DNA of 60,564 nucleotides from a virus (Duplodnaviria; Caudoviricetes): IMG/VR virus record IMGVR_UViG_3300035670_000224, positions 1 to 60,564 of that record; one strand, 5' to 3'. Shown piece by piece: positions 7,299 to 16,794 of this stretch (position 1 is its first letter; each line of letters starts with the position of its first letter). The notes under the pieces were generated by a model. It saw only the letters and a program-made list of their open reading frames with translations, ran no database searches and was not told where the DNA came from. The position numbers and the translations under genes were made by a program.

Positions 7299-9360
7299 AC
7301 AAATCATAATCGGACCACGCTCCAAAAAGCAAGAAATGTACATCCAGAGCGAATGTGACGTAGTTGTGTTCGGTGGTGGAGCAGGCTAAAGCTGGAAAAA
7401 GTTTTCTGGGAGCAATGGATACATTGAAATACACAGAAGACCCTAAATTTAGAGCACTTGTAGTTAGAAGGTTAACCCCACAGATTCACGGTCCTGGGGG
7501 TATCTTTGAAACATTTGCAAACCTTCATAGAGAAATCTATGATACTAGATTAAAGGTCAAAAAACGTGACGGTATTTTAGAATACCCTAACGGTGGTACA
7601 ATTTCATTCCGCCACTGCCAATATGAGGACGACAAACACTCGTTCCAAGGTTGGCAGTTGAGTATGGCTTAACAGAAAGTTAATAGATGAGGCCCAACAG
7701 TCAATTTTGTATTAGCTGTTGTAAAATCCCTTGAATTGCTGGAATCCCCTCAGAGCCTTTAAGCTACAACAAAACTGGAAACGGTAAGTGTGAATGCGTG
7801 AAAATTAAAGGATTGGGCAATCAGCAGCTAAGACTCTGAAATGAGTAAAGTTCAACGACTATTCCGTAAGGAAGTAGTAGGAAAGTTCCTACGAAGCGGG
7901 GGAGTACGAAAGTACATGATATAGTCTATTCTAGTGCGAAAGTACTAGCAGCGAAAGCGGTTTAGTATTGACGATACTAAGCGAATAAAAGTGACACAAT
8001 CTCAGGTTATTTATATCATGTCTCGACTACGGTCTGAGGCAGCTATGAAACCTAAAATGCGAATGACGTGTAACCCAGCAGGTAAAGGGCATTGGTTAAC
8101 TAATTGGTTGGAGTGGTATCTACTTCCATCAGGTTTACCAGACCCCGATAAATGTGGTGTTGTAAGATACTTCACCATGAATGACAATGAAATGATATGG
8201 GGCGACACAGCTGAAGAAGTAAAAGAAAAAGTACAAGGGTGTTCTCCATTGAGTTTCACCTTTATTTCTGCAAACGTAAATTTATAGCGTCCTGTAAGAG
8301 AAATCTTACTTGAATAACCTTGTTAACTCAGGGGAAGCCTTACCATTAGGTTGAAGGTAATCCTGAGCTTGTGTTGTTAAATATACAACCCAAGTGCAAC
8401 GACTATCGAAACCGCTCATTATGAGATAAGGGAGTAGAGTAGCTTCAAGTGAAGCGAAACGCAAGGGGTCTGATTGGTGATAGCCAAAGACCGTGATATA
8501 GTCTGGTCTTAATGGAAACATTAAGCAGCTTGAATAAAGCGAGTAGGATATTAACGAATCCTGCTGAACAAACACGATACGACAACCCAACCTTGCTACA
8601 AAGGCAGCCACAATACGTTGCATGGTTAGAAGGTCAAGACCGAGAAACCAAAGAGGCTCTTCTTTACGGGAACTGGTATGTCACAAAACAGCAGGAAAAC
8701 TACTTTAAACGCGCTTGGTGCAGGTTAATTCAAGATGTACCACCTGTTATACAATCAGTAAGAGGTTTTGACTTAGCGGGTAGTATTAAAGACGAGGTAA
8801 ACAAAGACCCTGACTATACTGCCACAGCCTTGTTGCATAAAACAAAGGATGGTAGATATGTCATTGAACACGCTGACCACATCAGAGAGAGATTTCACAC
8901 TGTAGAAGAGTGGATATTTAAATTGAGCGAAACAGACGCAGATAATGTAGTCTACGTGATTCCTGTTGATGCTGGAGCAGCGGGTAAAGCCTACGCTTCT
9001 ACACTTCAAAAGAAACTCGCAGAAAGCGGAAGAGCTTGTAGATTATTTCCAATGTCTAACAAAAGCAAGCTAGTACGTTTTAGACCTTTTGCATCAGTAG
9101 CTCAGGCTGGTTATATTGATATACTTAATTCTCAGTGGAATACTTTTTACTTTGACGAGTTAGAAAAGTTCAGCGGAGATGGTAAAACACATGACGATAT
9201 GTTAGATGCTACAGTTGCTGGATTTTGGTTTTTAAATCAAGTCCGACAACTCCCCAGCTTCACCCTCCCCGACCTCTCCCAGTCAACCTCTTTTGGCTTT
9301 CAGTCAAGCGCACTCCCAACAGAATTAACCTCTCCTTTACAACAAGGTGAGTTTTTATAA
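7291..9360 (+). CDS. terL: terminase large subunit, split into 5 exons (7291-7387, 7392-7669, 7680-7701, 7992-8277, 8577-9360; 488 aa when joined)
   Basis: TTG start with AGGA RBS; joined product has Walker A FGGGAGSGKS, Walker B MALIDEAQQ, motif III MTCNP, SANVYDNP, nuclease RGFDLA/DYTA/HDDMLDA; exons sum to 1467 nt, in frame. Confidence 0.9.
7388..7391 (+). other. 4-nt micro-insert AAAG in terL Walker A (candidate micro-intron)
   Basis: GGC T|AAAG|CT GGA AAA AGT: unspliced gives in-frame TAA and a frame change; removal gives G-S-G-K-S. Confidence 0.65.
7670..7679 (+). other. 10-nt micro-insert TAACAGAAAG before terL Walker B (candidate micro-intron)
   Basis: ATG GCT|TAACAGAAAG|TTA ATA GAT GAG: removal gives M-A-L-I-D-E. 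Confidence 0.65.
7702..7991 (+). mobile_element. group I self-splicing intron A in terL (290 nt, no ORF)
   Basis: P1 CAACAGU/GCUGUUG with U-G at the splice site; P10 UUGUAUUA/UGACACAA; P AAUUGCUGGAA, Q AAUCAGCAG, R GUUCAACGACUA, S AUGAUAUAGUCU; terminal G; splicing restores DEAQQ-LTQSQ. Confidence 0.92.
8278..8576 (+). mobile_element. group I self-splicing intron B in terL (299 nt, no ORF)
   Basis: P1 ACGU/GCGU; P AACUCAGGGG, Q AAUCCUGAG, R GUGCAACGACUA, S GUGAUAUAGUCU; terminal G; splicing restores SANVYDNP. Confidence 0.9.
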
Positions 9361-9380
9361 AATAAAAGGATAATAATTTC

Positions 9381-10847
9381 ATGGTCAGAAGAAAAGATAT
9401 TGCTAAAGCACAAGACCCTTTAGATGACAAACCAGTACCTTTTCGTTTGGGTGAAATTGGTGTAAGCGGTTCAAATATTGTTGCAAGCCTACCACAGGAC
9501 GAATTGAAAAGGGAATTAAATTTCCCTTACAATATAAAGACATTTAAACAAATGATGCTGCACCCAGCAGTTAATGCGTCTATCAGTCTTTACAAAAGTA
9601 TGCTATCAAAAGCTACTTTCAGAGTAGTCCCTGTAAAGAACGCCACAGCTAAAGAGCGCAAGCAAGCTGAGTTAATCGACGGTATGCTCAAAGACATGGA
9701 GACACCTCTTGAGGACGTTATCTCCGAAGCGTTGAGCTGCTTAGAGTACGGCTTTGCTCCAGTTGAAAAGGTATTCCGTCTTAGAGACGGTACGCAAGGG
9801 GGGGTTTATAAAGACGGTTTAATAGGGATTAAAAAACTCTCATTAAGAAACCAAGAGAGTATACTACGCTTTGAGTTTGACGAAGATGGCAACGATGTTG
9901 TCAACTTAGTGCAATCACTCTCAAAAGTACATGACCCTTTTGGACGTTACAGTAAAAGAGCTTCTGCCGATATTGTCATACCTAGAAGTAAATTCTTACT
10001 GTTCACCACAGGCAGTAACAAAGGTAGTCCTTACGGTACTTCACCTTTACGCAATGTGTACCTGCCTTGGAAATACTTACAAGCTATTGAAGAGCTAGAA
10101 GCCTCTGGTGTTGCAAAAGACCTTCAAGGCATCCCCTACATGAAGCTACCTGCTGCCTATATGTCAGAAGAGGCTTCGCCAGAGAATAAAGCATCTCTTG
10201 AGAAATTTAAGAATATCCTGAGGAATTTGCAACAAAATTCTCAGGCGGGTGTGATGCTCCCAAGCGACGTAGACCCAGAAACTAAAACCCCTTTATTTGA
10301 TATTGAGCTTCTAACCTCTGTAGGTAAGAAATCTTTTGATACTGAAAAAATAAAGGATTATTACAGGGTAATGATTTTTATTGGGTTATCAGCAGATATT
10401 CTACTAATCGGTAACACCCAAACTGGTTCGTTTGCACTTGGAGCGATTAAAAACTCCTTGACAGGGACGGCTGTAGAAGGTTATTTAAAGAACATTGTCA
10501 AAGTCTTCAATACAGACCTAATTAAGCACTTATACGAGTTAAATAACTGGGACTTGTCACGCAGATGCTCTCTTGATTTTGAGAACTTTGGGGATATTGA
10601 CCTCGACAGCTATAGTAAGGCTATTCAACGTATCGCATCGGTTGGTATATTACCAATTACATTGGATGTTGTAAATGACGTACTAGGTAAACTCGGATTA
10701 GATAATTTACCAGCAAATACAAAACTTGAGGATGTACTGTCAAGCAAGACTTCCAGAAGTGGAGATGGTATGAAGACTGCTGGCGAGGGGACTTCAACTG
10801 ACCCAGCAGGCACTGATACATCATCGATGAATGTGGAAAACGCTTAA
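9381..10847 (+). CDS. portal protein
   Basis: 488 aa after terL; LEYGFAPVEKV, GSPYGTSPLR, GSFALG motifs of DUF935-type portals. Confidence 0.88.
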   Translation: MVRRKDIAKAQDPLDDKPVPFRLGEIGVSGSNIVASLPQDELKRELNFPYNIKTFKQMMLHPAVNASISLYKSMLSKATFRVVPVKNATAKERKQAELIDGMLKDMETPLEDVISEALSCLEYGFAPVEKVFRLRDGTQGGVYKDGLIGIKKLSLRNQESILRFEFDEDGNDVVNLVQSLSKVHDPFGRYSKRASADIVIPRSKFLLFTTGSNKGSPYGTSPLRNVYLPWKYLQAIEELEASGVAKDLQGIPYMKLPAAYMSEEASPENKASLEKFKNILRNLQQNSQAGVMLPSDVDPETKTPLFDIELLTSVGKKSFDTEKIKDYYRVMIFIGLSADILLIGNTQTGSFALGAIKNSLTGTAVEGYLKNIVKVFNTDLIKHLYELNNWDLSRRCSLDFENFGDIDLDSYSKAIQRIASVGILPITLDVVNDVLGKLGLDNLPANTKLEDVLSSKTSRSGDGMKTAGEGTSTDPAGTDTSSMNVENA

Positions 10848-10894
10848 AGGCACTGCAACAGTGCAAAATAAATAAATAATACAAGGATAATAAA

Positions 10895-11137
10895 ATGGAT
10901 ACCCCAATCTGGCCCTCTAGTTCACTGCTAACCGTCACCCCAAGTAATTCTACAATTCTGGCAAGTGTTGCTCGCCAACTTTATGTCGGAACTGGCGGGG
11001 ATGTCACTGTCCTTACAGTTGATAATCAAGTAATCCTGTTTAAAAATGTAGGAACTGCTCAAGTCATTGGACCATTCTTTGTTAAACGAGTGAATGCCAC
11101 AGGTACAACTGCTACAGATATTGTAGCATTTATTTAA
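10895..11137 (+). CDS. head spike base protein (RcGTA Rcc01079-like)
   Basis: VTPS...RQLYVGTGGDV...VKRVNATGTTATDIVA signature. Confidence 0.7.
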   Translation: MDTPIWPSSSLLTVTPSNSTILASVARQLYVGTGGDVTVLTVDNQVILFKNVGTAQVIGPFFVKRVNATGTTATDIVAFI

Positions 11138-11148
11138 GCAGGACGGCT

Positions 11149-13332
11149 ATGCAGATTAGTTTAGCGATAAAAGCCCCTACACAGCCTACCACTATCCAAC
11201 GCGCTATAACTACACTTGCAGGGCTGTTTAGGTCAGGTGTACAAGGTGTATGGTATGACCCTAGTGACATTGAGCGTTATATGGCGACTGGAGAGGAGCT
11301 AGTAACGAATGGTGATGGTACAAGCATGTCAGGGTGGACAGGTTCTACGGGCTACTCTGTTGTAAGCGGTACATTAAAATGCGACGGTGTAACAACAGCG
11401 CCAAGCCTACGGCAACCAATTGGCGTCGTTCAAGGTAAAACCTACATTGTCAGGTTTACCCAGTCAGGACGAACGTCTGGGAATTGCTACCTTGTCTTAG
11501 GCGGTGCGCAACCAGCTGGCACGCCAAATCTAATTGGTGAGCAAACCTACCAGTTTGTTTTGACTTGCACAAACAGCTCAGGAACGATAGGTTTTGAAAC
11601 ACCGTCAGGGACTTTTAACGGGTCTTTTGACAACATCTCCGTCCGTGAACTACCCGCAATCGGGACAGCAACGCTATTCCAAGATAGCGCAGGCACAACG
11701 CCAGTAACAGCAGTTGAACAGTCTGTCGGATTGATGCTTGATAAAAGCAAGGGTCTGGTGCTGGGTAGTGAGCTTGCTACCCCGTTGACCACTAGCAATT
11801 GGTACGTTAGTGGTGCAGATGGCACACACATCGTTACATTTTCAAGCGGTACTTTACGCTATCAAAGTGACACAACCAGTCCTCAGCTAACCGTAGGCTG
11901 CAATGCCCTCGCTGTGGCTATTCCAGCTGGCACTTACGAATTAACAGTCGTTGTTTCAAACTATGTATCTGGCGGCGTTAAAGTCTTTGAAAATTCAGGA
12001 GCAAGTGGCTTTTTGACGGCAAATGCTTTGGGTACGTTCAAAGCAAGAATAACGGTTCTTGCGAACGCATCCCTAAATATAACCCGTGCAACAACCAATG
12101 TCGATTTAACAATTTCAAGCGTTTCATTAAAGTTACTCGCAGGCAATCACGCCACACAGCCAACTGCTATCAATAGACCAGTGCTTAGTGCTAGGGTGAA
12201 TTTGCTGACCAAGAGTGAGCAGTTTGATGATGTTTATTGGGTGAAATCCAGATGCAGCATTACACAAACAGCATCATCCTCGCCTATTGGCACATTGACT
12301 GCATGTAAAGTCACAGAAGATACCCAAAACGGTTCACATGCAGTTGTTGGCGGTAATGCCGCAATTGTTTCAGGCGTAGCATATACATATAGCGTCTACG
12401 CAAAAGCGGCAGAAAGGTCACACATAAGACTTACGTTACCGCAGTCTTTGTTTGGCGGGGTTGCAACTGATTCAGGCGCTAGATTCAATCTATCAAACGG
12501 GACATTAGAAGGCTCGGCTGACGCAAACGTAACGGCTTCAATTCAATCCGCTGGCAATGGCTGGTATCGCTGCTCAATTACTATGGCGGCTACCGTAACA
12601 GGCACATTAACCCTAGCGCGTATTTACGTGTCAACACAATCAGGCATCAGCTACTTGGGCGATGGCACATCTGGGTTATATATTTGGGGCGCGCAATTAA
12701 TTGCAACAAACAGCCTACCAAGCAATCAATACCAGCGCGTTACCACAGCCACTGACTACGACACCGTAGGCTTCAAACACTACTTAAAGTTTAACGGCAC
12801 AAACAGTGGTATGTCCACTGGCAGTATTAACTTTACTGGCACTGACAAAATGATGGTGTGTGCTGGGGTTAGGAAGTTGAGCGATGCTATTGACCAAGCA
12901 ACGATTGTTGAACTTGGTACAAATAGTAGCAGCACGGCGGGGTCGTTTGCTTTGCAATGCTCGCCAGCGTTTACTGGTAGATACAGGATGCAGCTATTTG
13001 GCAGCTCTAGGGGTGTGCGAGATACTTTGTTAAATACCTTTGCCGCACCCAATACATCTGTATTAACGATGCTGTCTGATATAGCGCAGTCTACGATTTC
13101 TCAAGAACTTATTGCCAGAGCTAACGGTGCAGTTTTAAGCATGGATAACGTACTTAGCCCAGCAGGCACGGGCAACTACGGCAACTACCCACTATACATA
13201 GGTGCCCGCGCTGGCACTTCGCTATTCTTTAACGGAAATATCCACGGTCTAATTGTTGCAGGAACCGCAGCTACACCAGCACAGATAGCGGCAGCCGAAC
13301 GTATTATCAACGACGACACAGGGGCATATTAA
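11149..13332 (+). CDS. head spike/fibre protein with carbohydrate-binding-like beta domains
   Basis: 727 aa, Ser/Thr/Gly-rich; NLLTKSEQFD and GNGWYRCS motifs; follows the spike base gene. Confidence 0.65.
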   Translation: MQISLAIKAPTQPTTIQRAITTLAGLFRSGVQGVWYDPSDIERYMATGEELVTNGDGTSMSGWTGSTGYSVVSGTLKCDGVTTAPSLRQPIGVVQGKTYIVRFTQSGRTSGNCYLVLGGAQPAGTPNLIGEQTYQFVLTCTNSSGTIGFETPSGTFNGSFDNISVRELPAIGTATLFQDSAGTTPVTAVEQSVGLMLDKSKGLVLGSELATPLTTSNWYVSGADGTHIVTFSSGTLRYQSDTTSPQLTVGCNALAVAIPAGTYELTVVVSNYVSGGVKVFENSGASGFLTANALGTFKARITVLANASLNITRATTNVDLTISSVSLKLLAGNHATQPTAINRPVLSARVNLLTKSEQFDDVYWVKSRCSITQTASSSPIGTLTACKVTEDTQNGSHAVVGGNAAIVSGVAYTYSVYAKAAERSHIRLTLPQSLFGGVATDSGARFNLSNGTLEGSADANVTASIQSAGNGWYRCSITMAATVTGTLTLARIYVSTQSGISYLGDGTSGLYIWGAQLIATNSLPSNQYQRVTTATDYDTVGFKHYLKFNGTNSGMSTGSINFTGTDKMMVCAGVRKLSDAIDQATIVELGTNSSSTAGSFALQCSPAFTGRYRMQLFGSSRGVRDTLLNTFAAPNTSVLTMLSDIAQSTISQELIARANGAVLSMDNVLSPAGTGNYGNYPLYIGARAGTSLFFNGNIHGLIVAGTAATPAQIAAAERIINDDTGAY

Positions 13333-13722
13333 ATGACACAGGTAAACCGATGTTTGATAGTCCCAGCCGCTTATGCACCCTTAGCCCGCGCTTTATGTGC
13401 GGGTATTGCAAGTGGTGAAAGTGGAGAGGGTATGCTTACTACACCACTGTCAAAAACAGGGCAATTGCCAGTCACGCACTTTATATCTGCTGGGTTGATT
13501 GACGCTGACTTTGCAGAACTACTGCCATTGACAACCTACGACGAAGACGGTGTAGCAACTACGGTAGCAGGTCAAACTAGCACCATTGTCGAACTAGCCG
13601 ATGGCTCTGTTACCCAAACCAATGTTACTGCCTTATTAAACGCAGTCAATGTGACAGAGTTAGACCCATTTACCGCGATGGGTTATCTTGGGCTACAGAT
13701 TGTGCAGGGTGATATTTTATGA
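13333..13722 (+). CDS. hypothetical protein (fibre-associated)
   Basis: 129-aa ORF translationally coupled to the fibre gene. Confidence 0.7.
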   Translation: MTQVNRCLIVPAAYAPLARALCAGIASGESGEGMLTTPLSKTGQLPVTHFISAGLIDADFAELLPLTTYDEDGVATTVAGQTSTIVELADGSVTQTNVTALLNAVNVTELDPFTAMGYLGLQIVQGDIL

Positions 13723-14177
13723 AAGTACTTGCACTAATTTTAGCGGTTCTGATAACTACTGGCTGTGCCAGCAACCTCAAACAATCGGCTCAAGCATCCG
13801 TCGCTGCCGATGCGGCAACTACTGTGGCTGGCGTGGCATCTGGTGTGGCGGCTGAGGCAAATCCGTTGATAACTAGCCCAGCTGGGTTAGTGGCAACAGT
13901 AGCTTTGCGGTTAGTCATTATAGACAAAATCAACAAACTACCTGAAGATGAGCGAATCAACGCACTTGCATCGTTTAATTCCGTGACATGGGGTATCGCC
14001 GCTAGTAACTTAGCCATTATTGCCTTGGCATCAAATCCAATTGGTCTAGCTGTGGGACTGGTGACTGGGTTGTCAGTTTGGGAATCAACCAAGGATGAAC
14101 GATTGTTTGCAGAATCTTGCGCCTACATGAAACAGACCGACCCTACTATTAAATGCGTGTTTGGTAAAAAATCATGA
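13719..14177 (+). CDS. putative lipoprotein / membrane protein
   Basis: Signal peptide ending LITTGC (lipobox-like) plus hydrophobic helices. Confidence 0.6.
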   Translation: MKVLALILAVLITTGCASNLKQSAQASVAADAATTVAGVASGVAAEANPLITSPAGLVATVALRLVIIDKINKLPEDERINALASFNSVTWGIAASNLAIIALASNPIGLAVGLVTGLSVWESTKDERLFAESCAYMKQTDPTIKCVFGKKS

Positions 14178-14332
14178 TTATTCTAGGCTGGGTCTGCAAA
14201 TACTAAAGATGGTGCTTTCCTAAAGATATGGTTAATCAGGACGAATACATATTAAAGAAGTAATTAAGAAAACGAACATAAAGCAAGAGATTAATATTAA
14301 GAAGACAAAAATACTCTAAAAACAAGGATAAA

Positions 14333-14674
14333 ATGATAGGAAAACTAAACATACAAACACTAAGGGGCGACACGTTTAGTGAGTACCCATTTCAAATACT
14401 GATTAATTCAGTTGCCTTGAATTTAACCGACGCTGAAATTAAAATAGACTTAAAAAAAGATTTAGGTTCGAGTCCTTCTTTAACTCTGACAAGTGCAGCA
14501 AATAATGGTATCACAATTACAGATGCACTTAATGGCAGATTTGTGATTAATGAGCAAATTTTCAATATTCCTGCGTGTAATTATATTTATGATATTCAAA
14601 TTACCTTTCCAGATGGTAGGGTTAAAACTTGGGTTGGCGGCTATTTTCAAATTATCAATACTGTAACAATATAA
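14333..14674 (+). CDS. virion structural adaptor, BppU-N-like Ig fold
   Basis: RGDTF...NLTDAEIK...YIYDIQITFPDG pattern. Confidence 0.55.
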   Translation: MIGKLNIQTLRGDTFSEYPFQILINSVALNLTDAEIKIDLKKDLGSSPSLTLTSAANNGITITDALNGRFVINEQIFNIPACNYIYDIQITFPDGRVKTWVGGYFQIINTVTI

Positions 14675-14678
14675 CAAT

Positions 14679-16793
14679 ATGAGTGATATAATAGACATTA
14701 ACGTAACACCAACTATTGAAGAAGTTACAATAAATACAACGGAATTTCTAACTACTATTAATGTTACTAATCAAAGTGGCGGGGGCGGAGGAGCTACAAA
14801 CTTATCCTTAATTGCAAATCCAACAAACAATATAGTTACCAACAGTAATGGTAACGGATTTACTATTCCTTTGGCAGGAGCTGTTAATGCAGGTTTGATT
14901 ACGGCAACCGAAAAAACAAAGATAGAAACAGCCTTACAACCGAGTGCTATTGCAGGTTTTGCTACAACTACATATGTCAACCAGCAGGATAATTTAAAAG
15001 TTGATAAAGTAACAGGCAAATCTTTAGTTAACGACACTGAAATTACAAAACTTGCAGGAATTGAAGCAGGCGCGGAAGCTAATGTAAACGCCGACTGGAA
15101 CGCAACAAGTGGCGACGCTGAGATATTAAACAAACCAACTATTCCAAGTATAACAGGATTAGTACCCTACACAGGTGCAACTTCTGATGTTGACTTGGGG
15201 GAAAATCAAATAAAATCAGGTCAAATAGAATTAGACCAAACACCAACTGGGGTTTTTGGAGTTGGTAAAATAAGATGGAATGATACTGAAGGTACAGCCG
15301 AAATAAGATTAAAAGGCAACAACGTAACTTTACAAATAGGTCAAGAACTTGTAAAACGAGTTGTAAATAAGACTACAACCAATATAACACTTCAAGAAGC
15401 TAACTACCAAGTTGTAAAAATAATAGGTGCGGCAGGTCAAAGACTATCTGTCGATTTGGCACAAGCAAATACGAGTTTAAATACGGCTACAACATTAGGA
15501 GTAGTCACTGAAACTATTGCTAACAACCAAGAGGGTTTTATAACCTACTCGGGAGAAGTTAATGGAATTAATACAACAGGAAGTCTGCAAGGCGAAACAT
15601 GGGCAGATGGAGATGTTTTATATTTAAGCCCTACAATTGCAGGCAGTGTTACTAATATAAAACCAATCGCTCCAAATCACTCTGTAATTGTAGGATATGT
15701 CGAACATGCACATAATACAAACGGAAAAATATTTGTAAAAATCGACAATGGCTATGAATTAGAAGATTTACATAATGTTAGTAGCACGTCTTATAATTCT
15801 GTAATAGAAACGGACAGTTTACTTGTCAGAGATACAACAAATTCAATTTGGAAAAGATTTACTTTTGCTAATCTAAAAACGTGGCTAGATACTTATTTTA
15901 CAGCAACTAAAATTAGAAGTATTTTAGGTATTACAACACTTTCAGGAAGTAATACAGGTGATGACTCAACTAATACAACTTCAAACGCTTATGCAGATGC
16001 AAAAGTAACGGATGCTATAATTGACGGAGTTACAACAGTTGCACCAAGTCAAAACGCAGTTTTTGATGCTTTAGCAACAAAAGAAAACACTATTACGGCA
16101 GGTACCACTTCTCAATATTTTAGAGGAGATAAAACTTTCCAAATATTGGATAAAACAGCAGTAGGTTTGTCAAATGTAGATAATACAAGCGACGTTAATA
16201 AACCAGTTAGTGCAGCAACCCAGACTGCCTTGAACGCAAAAGCAGATTTAGTAGGCGGGTTAATACCGAGTAGCCAACTGCCAAGTTATGTTGATGATGT
16301 TATCGAAGTTGCTGATTTCGCAGCTTTGCCGATTACAGGTGAAGTTGGTAAAATCTATGTATTGCTAGACAGCGGAGAATTGTATCGTTGGACAGGTAGT
16401 TTATACGTTGAAATTTCTCAAGGGGTTACACTACACAATCAATTGACATTGAACGACGGTACGAATCCGCACGGAACAACAAAGTCAGATGTAGGGTTAA
16501 GTAATGCAGACAATACTTCAGACCTTAATAAGCCAGTAAGCAATGCCACGCAAACAGCGCTAAACACAAAGCAAGACACACTGGTTTCAGGTACGAACAT
16601 TAGAACAGTCAATGGAAATTCGATTCTAGGTAGTGGTGATTTATTGATTTCCGCAAACTCTGTTCCTACCTATTCAGCTTCATCATTCATAGTTGCACCA
16701 AACACACAAGTGCTCTTCGCAGAAGAAATTACAACAACGTCGACATCATGGATTGAGGTACAATCTGGTGCGGTATTAAGAGAGGTTCAATAA
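14679..16793 (+). CDS. fibre-like virion protein with internal repeats
   Basis: 704 aa, Thr-rich; two copies of VGLSNxDNTSDxNKPVSxATQTALN (~16161, ~16491). Confidence 0.65.
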   Translation: MSDIIDINVTPTIEEVTINTTEFLTTINVTNQSGGGGGATNLSLIANPTNNIVTNSNGNGFTIPLAGAVNAGLITATEKTKIETALQPSAIAGFATTTYVNQQDNLKVDKVTGKSLVNDTEITKLAGIEAGAEANVNADWNATSGDAEILNKPTIPSITGLVPYTGATSDVDLGENQIKSGQIELDQTPTGVFGVGKIRWNDTEGTAEIRLKGNNVTLQIGQELVKRVVNKTTTNITLQEANYQVVKIIGAAGQRLSVDLAQANTSLNTATTLGVVTETIANNQEGFITYSGEVNGINTTGSLQGETWADGDVLYLSPTIAGSVTNIKPIAPNHSVIVGYVEHAHNTNGKIFVKIDNGYELEDLHNVSSTSYNSVIETDSLLVRDTTNSIWKRFTFANLKTWLDTYFTATKIRSILGITTLSGSNTGDDSTNTTSNAYADAKVTDAIIDGVTTVAPSQNAVFDALATKENTITAGTTSQYFRGDKTFQILDKTAVGLSNVDNTSDVNKPVSAATQTALNAKADLVGGLIPSSQLPSYVDDVIEVADFAALPITGEVGKIYVLLDSGELYRWTGSLYVEISQGVTLHNQLTLNDGTNPHGTTKSDVGLSNADNTSDLNKPVSNATQTALNTKQDTLVSGTNIRTVNGNSILGSGDLLISANSVPTYSASSFIVAPNTQVLFAEEITTTSTSWIEVQSGAVLREVQ

Positions 16794-16794
16794 A

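Noticed and set aside
7387-7672. Stop-codon reassignment (TAA read-through) explaining the terL breaks
   Set aside because: The frame also shifts by +1 at both sites, and TAA is the normal stop for most genes here.
7384-7682. T4 gene 60-style translational bypassing of the two terL inserts
   Set aside because: No matching take-off and landing codons in the needed register (GGC vs AAA/GCT; GCT vs AAG).
7364-8576. ORF-track starts at 7364, 7991 and 8512 as separate genes
   Set aside because: They are terL exon fragments; the 7991 and 8512 starts lie in intron sequence and 7364 is out of frame with exon 1.
7702-8576. Intron-encoded homing endonucleases or group II introns
   Set aside because: The introns are about 300 nt with no sense ORF, and show group I P/Q/R/S elements rather than GUGYG...AY ends.
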